DNA of 64,000 nucleotides from Thermoplasmata archaeon (GTDB lineage Archaea > Thermoplasmatota > Thermoplasmata > Thermoplasmatales > ARK-15). Both the position numbers and the translations under genes were made by a program. Of this stretch, positions 40,481-49,253 are shown piece after piece (position 1 is the stretch's first letter; each line of letters opens with the position of its first letter). A model generated the notes under the pieces. The model made no database searches, had not been told where the DNA came from, and worked only from the letters and a program-made list of their open reading frames with translations. The stretch is taken from assembly GCA_038880255.1 (NCBI GenBank), contig JAVZSA010000001.1:788-64787 (forward strand), written 5' to 3'.

Positions 40481-40622
40481 GGGGGCATGGGGTAATCAGG
40501 TATCCTAGCGGGCTCCAGTTATGGAAATGATTCTCCAGAGGGTCAACTGAAGAAATGATGATTAACTGGAGCAATGATCCAGGAGTGACCCGCGGATCTG
40601 GGTTCAAATCCCAGTGCCCCCA
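40481..40622 (+). tRNA. tRNA-Trp (anticodon CCA) interrupted by a 69-nt intron at 37/38
   Basis: Acceptor GGGGGCA/TGCCCCC plus discriminator A, anticodon stem GCGGG/CCCGC, loop CTCCAG|intron|A, and T arm CTGGG-TTCAAAT-CCCAG. Exons are 40481-40518 and 40588-40622. Confidence 0.85.
40519..40587 (+). ncRNA. Box C/D guide RNA embedded in the tRNA-Trp intron
   Basis: C-like AAUGAUU (40526-32), D' CUGA (40547-50), C' AUGAUGA (40555-61) and D-like AUGA (40574-77). Guide UAACUGGAGC (40563-72) pairs with GCUCCAGUUA (40512-21) and puts the N+5 position on C34. Guide GGGUCA (40540-45) pairs with UGACCC (40586-91) and puts N+5 on C39. Confidence 0.7.
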
Positions 40623-40761
40623 TACTTTTGGATTATGCTGTCAAATGTGATTATTTGTCAATTTATTTTAATAATTTAAATAAACACATTTTAAAAAATC
40701 ATTTAAAAATTATTATTATGATTTTTTTGAATAAATTTAAAATAAAGATGAAAAATAAAAG

Positions 40762-42288
40762 TTAAAACCCCAATCCCATACTATCTCGTCTAGGATCAGA
40801 TCCTCCCATTAACACATTTTCTTTCTTTATTATTATGTTTGCATCCCCCATCAAATCATTTAATTTACCAACAATTTCAGTATTGAAAATACTACTCAAT
40901 TTTTCCAAGGTATATTTTTCAAAATTTTCCTCAATTTTTAGTGTTTCATTGCCTTCAAATAAGATTCTACCATGAACAAATCTTGGATATTCAACACTTT
41001 CTTGAGGATTCATTTTTCTATCTATTATATTGTGGATTATCTGTATATGTGTTTGGGGTTGTCCTTCACCACCTGCAGCTCCAAATACCCCAAAAAGTTC
41101 CTCATCCTTTACTATCATTCCTGCTGTGAGTGTATGTAACGTTCTCTTATTTGGTTGAATAAAATTTGGATGTTCATTTGACAATGAAAAATAGGCACCT
41201 CTATTTTGAAATATTACTCCAGTTTTTTCATCTGCATATCCAGATCCAAAGGGATAAAAAAGACTCTGTATACCAGAAATGGCATTTCCATCTTTATCAA
41301 TAATTGCAAAATTTACTGTATCACCTTCAATTGTTCTTTTAATACTTTCATGAATATTGCTACCATTATTTTCAATAAATTCCATTATATCAAATTTCAT
41401 AAACTTAGGATCAGTTACCATTTCTCTTATCTGGAATGCTTTAATCTTCGCCATTACCATTATTGAAATGTTTTCCCATTCCTTCAGATTTGCCACATCA
41501 TAATTTTCCATAATTTTTAATGCGACTAATGCTGCGATGCCCTGAGTGTTTGGAGGTGTTTCAAATATTTCATATTTTCTATAATTTCCTTTTATTGGAT
41601 TATCCCAGAATGCCTTATAATTTTTTAAATCTGATGGAATTATAAAAGATCCTATTTCTTCAAGGTATTCTGAAATTTTTTCGAAGGTTTCACCATTGTA
41701 AAAATCTAATGGATTTTCAGATATTTTCTTTAATGTTTGGGCCAGAGGCAAGTTTTTTACAGTTTCTCCAAACATTTTTCCTGAAAAATTTTCAAATAAA
41801 AATTTATTTTTCCTAATTTTTTCTTTACTTTTAAAAATTTGAGATGATAAATGATAGGAAATGGGAAAACCATTTTCAGCATAATCTATTGATTGAGAAA
41901 GTAACTTTTCAAATTTCATTGTTGAATAGGAAGAAAGAAGATACCATCCATATGTAATTCCTGGAACAGTGATTGAATATGGACTTTCCTTAGGAAGTAT
42001 TTTAATTCCAGATTCTTCTGGTAAATTTTCAAATTTTGCTAATGAACCTGAATAGCCACTAGCATTTAAAAATTTGATTTTCCCATTTGAAGAATCATAA
42101 TAAAGAGCAAAAAAATCACCACCAATCCCATTCTGTGATGGTAAAACAACAGATAAAACAGAACTTACTGCTATTGCAGCATCGGCAGCATTTCCACCTT
42201 CCTGAAGAATTTTTAAGCCGGCACTGGTGGCGAGAGGATGCCCTGAAACTACCAACCCTTTTTTTCCAATTGCGGGTGTTCTATACAT
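40762..42288 (-). CDS. ggt: Gamma-glutamyltranspeptidase family protein
   Basis: The N-terminal GHPLATSAGLKILQEGGNAADAAIA and the autoprocessing Thr region (RTLHTLTAG) are typical of GGT. Confidence 0.85.
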   Translation of the reverse strand: MYRTPAIGKKGLVVSGHPLATSAGLKILQEGGNAADAAIAVSSVLSVVLPSQNGIGGDFFALYYDSSNGKIKFLNASGYSGSLAKFENLPEESGIKILPKESPYSITVPGITYGWYLLSSYSTMKFEKLLSQSIDYAENGFPISYHLSSQIFKSKEKIRKNKFLFENFSGKMFGETVKNLPLAQTLKKISENPLDFYNGETFEKISEYLEEIGSFIIPSDLKNYKAFWDNPIKGNYRKYEIFETPPNTQGIAALVALKIMENYDVANLKEWENISIMVMAKIKAFQIREMVTDPKFMKFDIMEFIENNGSNIHESIKRTIEGDTVNFAIIDKDGNAISGIQSLFYPFGSGYADEKTGVIFQNRGAYFSLSNEHPNFIQPNKRTLHTLTAGMIVKDEELFGVFGAAGGEGQPQTHIQIIHNIIDRKMNPQESVEYPRFVHGRILFEGNETLKIEENFEKYTLEKLSSIFNTEIVGKLNDLMGDANIIIKKENVLMGGSDPRRDSMGLGF

Positions 42289-42346
42289 ATTACTGAAAGA
42301 TCCTTATTGTTTATTTAATTTTCTCGCTAAAATTTTTAGAATTTCA

Positions 42347-42955
42347 TTATTTAGAATAAAGATGGCACGCAACCCAATGATCACCTTTTATATTTAACAA
42401 TTCAGGTTCCTCTTTTCTGCACTTTTCAAATGCATATGGACATCTTGGGTGAAACCTGCATCCTGTGGGTATTTCCATAGGGTTTGGTATTTCTCCTTTA
42501 ATATTTACCTCTTTTTCCTTCTTTCCTAAGGTGGGTATTGCATCCATAAGTGCCCTTGTATAGGGATGAAGAGGATTATTTATTATTTCATCCTTTTTTC
42601 CTTCTTCCATTAATTTACCTAAATAAAGTACACTAATTTTATTCCCAACGTAGGATGCAACGGATATATCATGTGTAATCATAAGCATAGATACTTGATA
42701 TTTTCTATTCATTTCTTTCATAAGATTTAGAAAATTTGCTCTTATAGAAACATCGAGCATTGAAACAGGTTCATCAGCTACAATAAATTCAGGTGAAATC
42801 CCAAGAGCCCTTGCAATTGCTACTCTCTGTCTTTGACCACCTGAAAGCTGGTGGGGATACCTATTTAAAAAATCTTGAGCTGGTTTTAAACCAATATCCT
42901 CCATTACCCTTAAAATCCTATCATCATCAAATTTAATTTTTATTAATTTAATCAA
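42347..42955 (-). pseudogene. 5'-truncated oligopeptide/dipeptide ABC transporter ATP-binding gene (OppF/DppF-like remnant)
   Basis: It retains the signature LSGGQRQR, Walker B IVADEPVSMLD, the H-loop ITHD and the C-terminal oligopeptide-type extension (CRFHPRCP). It has no Walker A or Q-loop region. Only ~50 bp separate it from the divergent gene, and there are no permease or binding-protein partners. Confidence 0.7.
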
Positions 42956-43004
42956 ATAAATATTAGAAAATATTTTATAAAGGTATTTATTATTTTTAAA
43001 TCCT

Positions 43005-43388
43005 ATGGAAAAAAAAGATTGTATTGAAGACCAACTTGCATGTATGATTGGGTATAGAGGTAAGACAATTTGTGTTTTACCTTCAGAAAAAATTCTTAAT
43101 GTCTTAGGTAAAAAATATACAATACTTATTATTGCACTTCTTGGAAATCAGGACAAAGTCAATTTCAACGAAATATTGAAAAAAACCGGATTCCCTCGTC
43201 CTAATTTACTTTCACAACGGTTAAAAGAACTAGAGGAATTAGATCTTATAAAAAAGAAAATAATCACAGAAAAGGCTCCAATTTCAACAATCTATATGCT
43301 AACTAAAAAGGGTAAGAAATTAAGATCTCTACTTTTACCTCTTCTTGCCTGGGTAGAATTGAACTCAAGAAATACTTTAAAAAAATAA
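43005..43388 (+). CDS. HxlR/MarR-like winged-helix transcriptional regulator
   Basis: The pattern C...LNVLGKKYTILIIALL...NFNEILK...RLKELEELDLIKKK is typical of HxlR-type wHTH. Confidence 0.6.
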   Translation: MEKKDCIEDQLACMIGYRGKTICVLPSEKILNVLGKKYTILIIALLGNQDKVNFNEILKKTGFPRPNLLSQRLKELEELDLIKKKIITEKAPISTIYMLTKKGKKLRSLLLPLLAWVELNSRNTLKK

Positions 43389-43457
43389 ATTTAATTTAAA
43401 TTTTTAAACTTTTTATTTAATATATCTATATTAATTTATCTTAATTAGGTGATTATA

Positions 43458-44048
43458 ATGGCAGGTTTTATAGATTCTCTAGCAATAATGCTGATTGGTC
43501 TAGGTTCGGGTTTACTACTTGTAGCCCTTTTTGTTCTATTTTCTGCACTAAATAAATTGGAAGATTTGAAAGAAAAGTTAGCAATACCTGCAATGGGGAT
43601 TGGATTTTTTGATTTTGTTAGTGGTTTTATAATGGCTTTCACATGGCCTCTTCCAGGCGGGTATAATATGCTTTTTGGTGATCCTTTATTGTTCTTTGGT
43701 CTTCTTCTTTTCCTTGGTTCCTATATGTTTTATAAGGGTAAATCACCATCATGGTTAACAATTTTCGCATTTATTATAGGTATTTACGTAATTCTTGGAG
43801 CTTATGCAATGGCAGCGGATAAATTGGAAACAGGAGCAAATTTCCTCCCAGCTTTTGGTCTTTATTTGTCAAGTGGAATAAGTGCTCTTCTTTCACCAAT
43901 TTTGATTTTAAAACCAGTTGGAGCAGTGAAAGCTCTTTATTATCTTGAGTTTATAATACTCATAGTTGCTACATTTGTTGCACTGTTTATAGGCTACAAT
44001 GCTCTATTGGAACATCTAGTAAGCTTTGCACATTACTATCCAGCATAA
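43458..44048 (+). CDS. Hypothetical integral membrane protein
   Basis: About 6 predicted TM segments. ATG at 43458 is preceded by AGGTGA. The ORF-track GTG start at 43449 lies inside that SD-like element. Confidence 0.55.
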   Translation: MAGFIDSLAIMLIGLGSGLLLVALFVLFSALNKLEDLKEKLAIPAMGIGFFDFVSGFIMAFTWPLPGGYNMLFGDPLLFFGLLLFLGSYMFYKGKSPSWLTIFAFIIGIYVILGAYAMAADKLETGANFLPAFGLYLSSGISALLSPILILKPVGAVKALYYLEFIILIVATFVALFIGYNALLEHLVSFAHYYPA

Positions 44049-44078
44049 AGATTTATTTACTACTTTTTATTTTTTTTA

Positions 44079-45194
44079 TTGGTGAAATTTGATACAAAAT
44101 TTTTAAGAATAATAATTGCTTGGTTAATAACATTTCCAGAAATATTCATTAGACTTGTTTTTAGTGTTACAATAATTCCAATAAAGGAATCATTAAATAT
44201 TAATTATTTTTTTGCCTCACTCCTTTTATCTTCCTTTTATATAGGTTATGCATTATTTAATTTACCCATGGGACACTTTGTGGATAAATATGGATACAGG
44301 GTGATATCTGCATCCCTTATATTTTTAGGCATTTTTTCAATAATTTTTTCATTTTCAAAGAATTATTATATATCACTTTTTTCAATGTTTATGTTGGGAG
44401 TATTTTCTGCACCTACATATATAGGATCCATTAAAATTGTTTCAGAAAAAGAAAAAAAGTTTAGGGCCACTGCAATAAGTCTTTTAAATACTGCAGGCCC
44501 TTCTTCACTTTTAATCACTAATATTTTTTTGACTGGGAATTTATCCTTAATAGATTGGAGATCAGTTTATGTTTATATTTCAATAGTTGCATTTGTAATG
44601 TCCATCCCTCTTTTTTTTATTAAAAAATTTGATGAAAAAAATGTAAAAAATGCAATAAATAAAAAGTCAATACTCGCTGCATTTGTAAGATTTTCAGGAT
44701 TTTGGGGTATGTGGGGTATCTCTACCTATTTGTTTTTATTATCTCATTTAGAGTTTAACCTTAGTTATATATATTCAGGTTTAGTCTCAGCCATTTTTTC
44801 ATTAGGTGCAATCCTATCCATTCCAATTTCAGGTATAATATCTGATATTTTTAAAAATAGGAAAGGTGTATCTTCAATCTATTTAATCTTATTTTTTATT
44901 CTTTTGATACTATTCCCATTTATTGGACCATACTTTATGTTTCCAATATCATTTATATTGGGTTTTATTTCATTTGGGTATAGGACACCTTTAGATGCAT
45001 TCATTTCTGAAATTACAAAGGGAAAGGAAGCAACTTCAATGGGTTTGGCAAATCTTATTTCACAACCAAGTCTTATAATCGTTCCAGCAATTATAGGAGC
45101 TATAATCACTTATACAGGCAATATTTTTCTTTCATTCATTACACTTTCAATTGGCCCACTTGTGGCTTTTATAATTTTAAGAATAATAGATTAG
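44079..45194 (+). CDS. MFS-type transporter
   Basis: 371 aa, about 10-12 TM segments, and an MFS-like loop motif (GHFVDKYGYR). Confidence 0.65.
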   Translation: MVKFDTKFLRIIIAWLITFPEIFIRLVFSVTIIPIKESLNINYFFASLLLSSFYIGYALFNLPMGHFVDKYGYRVISASLIFLGIFSIIFSFSKNYYISLFSMFMLGVFSAPTYIGSIKIVSEKEKKFRATAISLLNTAGPSSLLITNIFLTGNLSLIDWRSVYVYISIVAFVMSIPLFFIKKFDEKNVKNAINKKSILAAFVRFSGFWGMWGISTYLFLLSHLEFNLSYIYSGLVSAIFSLGAILSIPISGIISDIFKNRKGVSSIYLILFFILLILFPFIGPYFMFPISFILGFISFGYRTPLDAFISEITKGKEATSMGLANLISQPSLIIVPAIIGAIITYTGNIFLSFITLSIGPLVAFIILRIID

Positions 45195-46069
45195 TCTAAA
45201 AATTTTTTTACACTTTCAGAAATTTCAATAATTGCTTTAGTTGCAATTGATTTGGGATTAAACAACACTAAAGGTTTTTTATATGCAAGCGATTTTGAAA
45301 CATTTTCGTCGTAGGGAATTTCCCCTAATATTTCAATATTATTTTCACTTGCAAATTTTTTAATTCCATCAAATCCTGGATTTATATTACTCTTATTCAA
45401 AATTATATAGGATTTTATTCTAAAATGATAAGTGAGGGAAAAAATCCTTGAAAGATCACTCAGGCTGGATTCTGTTGGTTCTGCTACCAATATTGCATAA
45501 TTTGCACCACTTACTGAGGCTATTACTTGACATCCTATTCCCGCCGCTGAATCAACTATAAGATTTTTTACCTTTCCATCTCTTATCCACTCTCTTGCAA
45601 TCTTTTTTTCTTCTGTAACCAGTTTACCACTATTTGGCTGACCCACCTCAAGTTCAGAGGTAATAAGAGGTCCATACTTCGTACTTGAAATTCTGATCCA
45701 TCCTGAATGCTGATCTTTTATTATTTCAATAGCCTTTTTTGGGCAAACTACTTTACAGGCTCCACATCCTTCACATACATAATCCCTTATCTTCAACAAA
45801 CTATCGTGATAAATTGCTTCATATGAGCAATTTTTTTCACAGATTAAACACATATCACATTTGGAATAATTTACCACTGCAACACTTTTATTTCTATAAT
45901 CAATCTCCTTTTCCCAGTTATTTATGTCAAATATTAAATGCAGATTTGGTGCTTCAGCATCAGCATCAACTATCCCTATTTTTTTGTCACTTAAAATTAC
46001 TGATAATGATGAGGATATAGTACTTTTTCCTACTCCTCCTTTCCCACTTGCCACCACTATTTCCGCCAT
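45191..46069 (-). CDS. MinD/ParA-superfamily P-loop ATPase with inserted 2x[4Fe-4S] ferredoxin domain (COG1149-type)
   Basis: Deviant Walker A SGKGGVGKST, with inserted CDMCLICEKNC and CEGCGACKVVCP motifs. Confidence 0.8.
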   Translation of the reverse strand: MAEIVVASGKGGVGKSTISSSLSVILSDKKIGIVDADAEAPNLHLIFDINNWEKEIDYRNKSVAVVNYSKCDMCLICEKNCSYEAIYHDSLLKIRDYVCEGCGACKVVCPKKAIEIIKDQHSGWIRISSTKYGPLITSELEVGQPNSGKLVTEEKKIAREWIRDGKVKNLIVDSAAGIGCQVIASVSGANYAILVAEPTESSLSDLSRIFSLTYHFRIKSYIILNKSNINPGFDGIKKFASENNIEILGEIPYDENVSKSLAYKKPLVLFNPKSIATKAIIEISESVKKFLD

Positions 46070-46911
46070 AATAAATGCACCACCTTATTTGAAATATCTG
46101 AGAAAATCCTTGATTCATCACTTTCCGGGAACATTTTCACTACTGGAATACCACTTATATAACTTTTTAATATTTTATCGCTTACCTGTATTTTTCCTAT
46201 AAATTCAACCCCATTTACATTGGGAATTTCATCCACAATGTTATATCTATTCATTATGCCATATCCAATTTTGTTTTGTTTCTTTAAAAGATCAAAAATT
46301 TTTTTAAGATCGTGCAAACCTAAAGGTGTTGGTTCTGTTACTACAATTACAAGATCTGAGTCTTCAATTGCTGCTGCCACATGGTTTCCAGTTCCGGATG
46401 ATGTATCAAAAATTAAAATATCGTGGGAGATCTCAAAAGCCCTTTTTTTTGTAGAAAGTACAAGAGGATAGGATCTTTCCTCTCCTTCGTTGAGTATACC
46501 GGAAACGAGTGTAAAATTTTCATTAACTTTTGTTACATAAGTATGACCTATGATTTTTTTATCCTCCTTTACTGCCCCAACTGGACATACAAACTTACAG
46601 GTTTTACATCCAGTACATAAAGTAGGCATTAGAAATGGATAACCATTACTAAATAATATTATTGCATTTTCTGAACAGTTTTTGGCGCACAAAGAACATT
46701 TTATACATTTTTCATAATCAAATTTTGGCTTAAATATGTGTTCCTCTCTTTCGTTATCTAGTTTTGCAGAGAGTAATATATGATCATTTGGGCATTCCAC
46801 ATCCACATCCGCCAAAACGACATTAAATTTTTTTGAAAGTTCCCAGGCTAAATTAACAGCGACGGTACTTTTTCCCGTTCCACCTTTTCCTCCAGTTACA
46901 GTAAAAATCAT
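46057..46911 (-). CDS. MinD/ParA-superfamily P-loop ATPase with inserted 2x[4Fe-4S] ferredoxin domain (COG1149-type), paralogue
   Basis: Deviant Walker A GGKGGTGKST, with inserted CIKCSLCAKNC and CTGCKTCKFVCP motifs. There is a 13-nt overlap with the downstream paralogue. Confidence 0.8.
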   Translation of the reverse strand: MIFTVTGGKGGTGKSTVAVNLAWELSKKFNVVLADVDVECPNDHILLSAKLDNEREEHIFKPKFDYEKCIKCSLCAKNCSENAIILFSNGYPFLMPTLCTGCKTCKFVCPVGAVKEDKKIIGHTYVTKVNENFTLVSGILNEGEERSYPLVLSTKKRAFEISHDILIFDTSSGTGNHVAAAIEDSDLVIVVTEPTPLGLHDLKKIFDLLKKQNKIGYGIMNRYNIVDEIPNVNGVEFIGKIQVSDKILKSYISGIPVVKMFPESDESRIFSDISNKVVHLLWRK

Positions 46912-46917
46912 ACAGGG

Positions 46918-47322
46918 TCAATAGGGACCAAATCTCCCACGATGTCCGAATCCTCTGCCCATTCCAGGACCTCTCATTCCTGTAGCCGGGGGTAATTTTC
47001 CTTCAAAAAACATTTTAATTGATTCTTCAACAGTGATTGCGGGGCTTTCTCTCATATCAATACCATTCATTGAAAGTACTTGAAAAGAGTTTGGGCCTAT
47101 TGAGCCAGCAATTACCACATTACATTTTTCATTAATTATCAATTGTGCAGCTTGAATTCCTGCACCACTCCCAGCAAATGAACCTGGATTTTGAATTATA
47201 CTTACATTTTTAATTTCTTCTTTTTCCGCATCCACTATTGTAAATGTAGGGCATCTTCCAAACTGTAAACTAACAAAATCTTTCAAACCTCCAGTACCTG
47301 AAGTAGCAAAACATATTCTCAT
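46918..47322 (-). CDS. NifX/NifB-C-terminal-like (dinitrogenase FeMo-cofactor-binding fold, COG1433-type) protein with Gly/Arg-rich tail
   Basis: MRICFATSG...HFGRCP-like FGRCPTFTIVD...AGSGAGIQAAQLI...VIAGSIGPN. The C-terminal tail is GMRGPGMGRGFGHRGRFGPY. The start is placed at MRICF. The ORF-track start is 47370. Confidence 0.7.
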   Translation of the reverse strand: MRICFATSGTGGLKDFVSLQFGRCPTFTIVDAEKEEIKNVSIIQNPGSFAGSGAGIQAAQLIINEKCNVVIAGSIGPNSFQVLSMNGIDMRESPAITVEESIKMFFEGKLPPATGMRGPGMGRGFGHRGRFGPY

Positions 47323-47373
47323 TTGAAACACCAAAAAAGAAAATGAATTAAAATATTTTAGGTTTACCAAAAA

Positions 47374-47655
47374 TTACTTTTTCAGTTGATCAAGTCTCCT
47401 TTTTACATCTTCAAGTCTTTCCTGGAGATATTTGTATTCATTTTCTAATGCCTCCTTCTCATCATATGTTTCTGGATTAAATCTTTGCCAAGGACTGTAA
47501 TACCACCAATAGCCAGGATAGTTATAACCATATGGTGTATATGTTCCGTAATATGGATAATTTAGCCATCTTGCACCTCTTGGAAGACCAGTCCATGGGC
47601 AATAGCCTAATGTTGCTCCCCAACCTTTTCCTCTACCACCAAACCAACCCAACAT
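47374..47655 (-). CDS. DUF5320-like small protein (Gly/Trp/Tyr/Pro-rich N-half, coiled-coil C-half)
   Basis: MLGWFGGRGKGWGATLGYCPWTGLPRG, then a Tyr/Trp/Pro-rich stretch, then EKEALENEYKYLQERLEDVKRRLDQLKK. This matches the remembered DUF5320 layout, and the protein sits first in the COG1433/COG1149 cluster. Confidence 0.55.
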   Translation of the reverse strand: MLGWFGGRGKGWGATLGYCPWTGLPRGARWLNYPYYGTYTPYGYNYPGYWWYYSPWQRFNPETYDEKEALENEYKYLQERLEDVKRRLDQLKK

Positions 47656-47739
47656 ATCTAATCACCTTATTACTCAAATGTGTAAAAATATATAAATTTT
47701 TTGTCATTCTTATACATTAAAATTTTTAACAAATTTATA

Positions 47740-49242
47740 TTAGATTTTATATTTATAAATCAAAGTTTTACATAATTCTAAATTTTTTCTCGCATTTTCA
47801 AAATCTTTGTCCAAAGAAATTGCACTTTCATATTGTTTTATCGCCTGTTCAAGAAAATTTTTCCTTTTTTTCTTATCCTTTTCAATTAATGCCATTTTTC
47901 TATAGCAGTCCCCCATCCCAGCATATGAATATTTTAGTGATGGATTTAAAGATATAGATTCCTCATACTTTTTGATTGCCTTCTCTAAAAATTCCATTTT
48001 TTTATTTAAATTATTTTCAATATTGGCTAAGTCTAGTAATCTATTTCCCATATTATGATATGGAAATGAAAATAGTGGATCATATGAAATGGATTTGTCA
48101 ATTTCTTCAATCGATTTATAAATGTACATTTTTTTCTTTTCTTTGTTTTTAATATTTTTACTCATAAGTGCATAACAAATTGAGAGACCATTATATGATA
48201 AGGAATATTTACTATTTATTGATAAAGCATTTTCAAAATTTTTAATAGCATTTTTTAAATATTTATCCCTTTTTTCATTGTCACTCTCTATTTTATATAG
48301 ATCAATGAATACATTTCCAATACCATTATACGCATGAATAAACTCCCCATCAGTTTTTATACATTTTTCAAATTCTTCTAATGAAATTTTCAAGAATTCA
48401 ACTTTTTCATCTTTATTGACAGTAATTCTTGACATTTCTAAATATCCTTCAGCCTTTCCATTATGCAGATATGTATTAAGAGGATCAAGATTAAGACCCA
48501 AATTAAAATAATCTAGAGCCTTTTTAATTAAATCAATCTTTTTGTCTTTACCACTTTTATTTTTAAAAATTTCTAAATAGGCATTTCCAAGTCCTACATA
48601 ATTTTCAACAATTCTTTCATCCATTTTCATTGATTTTTCATACTCTTTAATTGCCATTTCAATATTCTTTAATCTTTCATTTTCGTTCCTATTGAATCTT
48701 GATAGTATCAAGTACACGTTACCTTTGCCATTATGTGCTAGAGGATCATCATAAAATTGTATTAATAAATCATATTCTTGCAAAGCATTCAAAAGAAGAA
48801 TATTTTTTGAATTTAAACTAAATTCAAGTTTTGACAGTTCATAGTAACAATTACCTTTACCATAAATAGCAATCCTAATTTTTGGATCTATTTCACATAC
48901 ATCTGAAAAAATTTTCAGTGCATTTTCAAAAAATTCTTTCCTTTTTTCTATTTCATTTTCAAGAAGACCGAATTGATATAGACATTCGCCCTTTCCTGAA
49001 TACAATAATGGAAAATCCTTATTTAAAGAAATACCATTCTCAAATTCTTTTAAGGCTAAATCTAATAAACCTTTTTTTCTAATTCTATTATTCTCAATCT
49101 TTACTTCTTTTAATAAAATGACTCCTTTTAAATAATTGGAGAAATAAAGTTCATTATTTATGGCTAGTGAATTGTTCAATTCTTTTAAAGCACTTTCTAA
49201 CAATTCTTTTTTCTTACCTAAAGAAATTACACTTTTTTCCAA
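47740..49242 (-). CDS. TPR-repeat protein (fragment 4 of a split NTPase-TPR gene, TTG start)
   Basis: Many TPR-like repeats (..Y.GKG.CY...G....A...F..A..I.P..). The reading frame stays open 54 nt upstream of the called TTG start and overlaps the end of the preceding ORF. Confidence 0.7.
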   Translation of the reverse strand: MEKSVISLGKKKELLESALKELNNSLAINNELYFSNYLKGVILLKEVKIENNRIRKKGLLDLALKEFENGISLNKDFPLLYSGKGECLYQFGLLENEIEKRKEFFENALKIFSDVCEIDPKIRIAIYGKGNCYYELSKLEFSLNSKNILLLNALQEYDLLIQFYDDPLAHNGKGNVYLILSRFNRNENERLKNIEMAIKEYEKSMKMDERIVENYVGLGNAYLEIFKNKSGKDKKIDLIKKALDYFNLGLNLDPLNTYLHNGKAEGYLEMSRITVNKDEKVEFLKISLEEFEKCIKTDGEFIHAYNGIGNVFIDLYKIESDNEKRDKYLKNAIKNFENALSINSKYSLSYNGLSICYALMSKNIKNKEKKKMYIYKSIEEIDKSISYDPLFSFPYHNMGNRLLDLANIENNLNKKMEFLEKAIKKYEESISLNPSLKYSYAGMGDCYRKMALIEKDKKKRKNFLEQAIKQYESAISLDKDFENARKNLELCKTLIYKYKI

Positions 49243-49253
49243 TTCATATATTG

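Noticed and set aside
40278-40607. A 109-aa minus-strand ORF in the six-frame track.
   Set aside because: It lies antisense to the L41e micro-ORF and the intron-containing tRNA-Trp, and its length comes from the GC-richer tRNA sequence. Its composition is Pro/His/Leu-rich and non-protein-like.
47374-47655. The Tyr/Trp/Gly/Pro-rich 93-aa ORF could be a spurious low-complexity ORF.
   Set aside because: I kept it as a real gene. It has a clean coiled-coil C-half, sits 3 nt upstream of the NifX-like gene on the same strand, and its layout matches the DUF5320 proteins that accompany such clusters.
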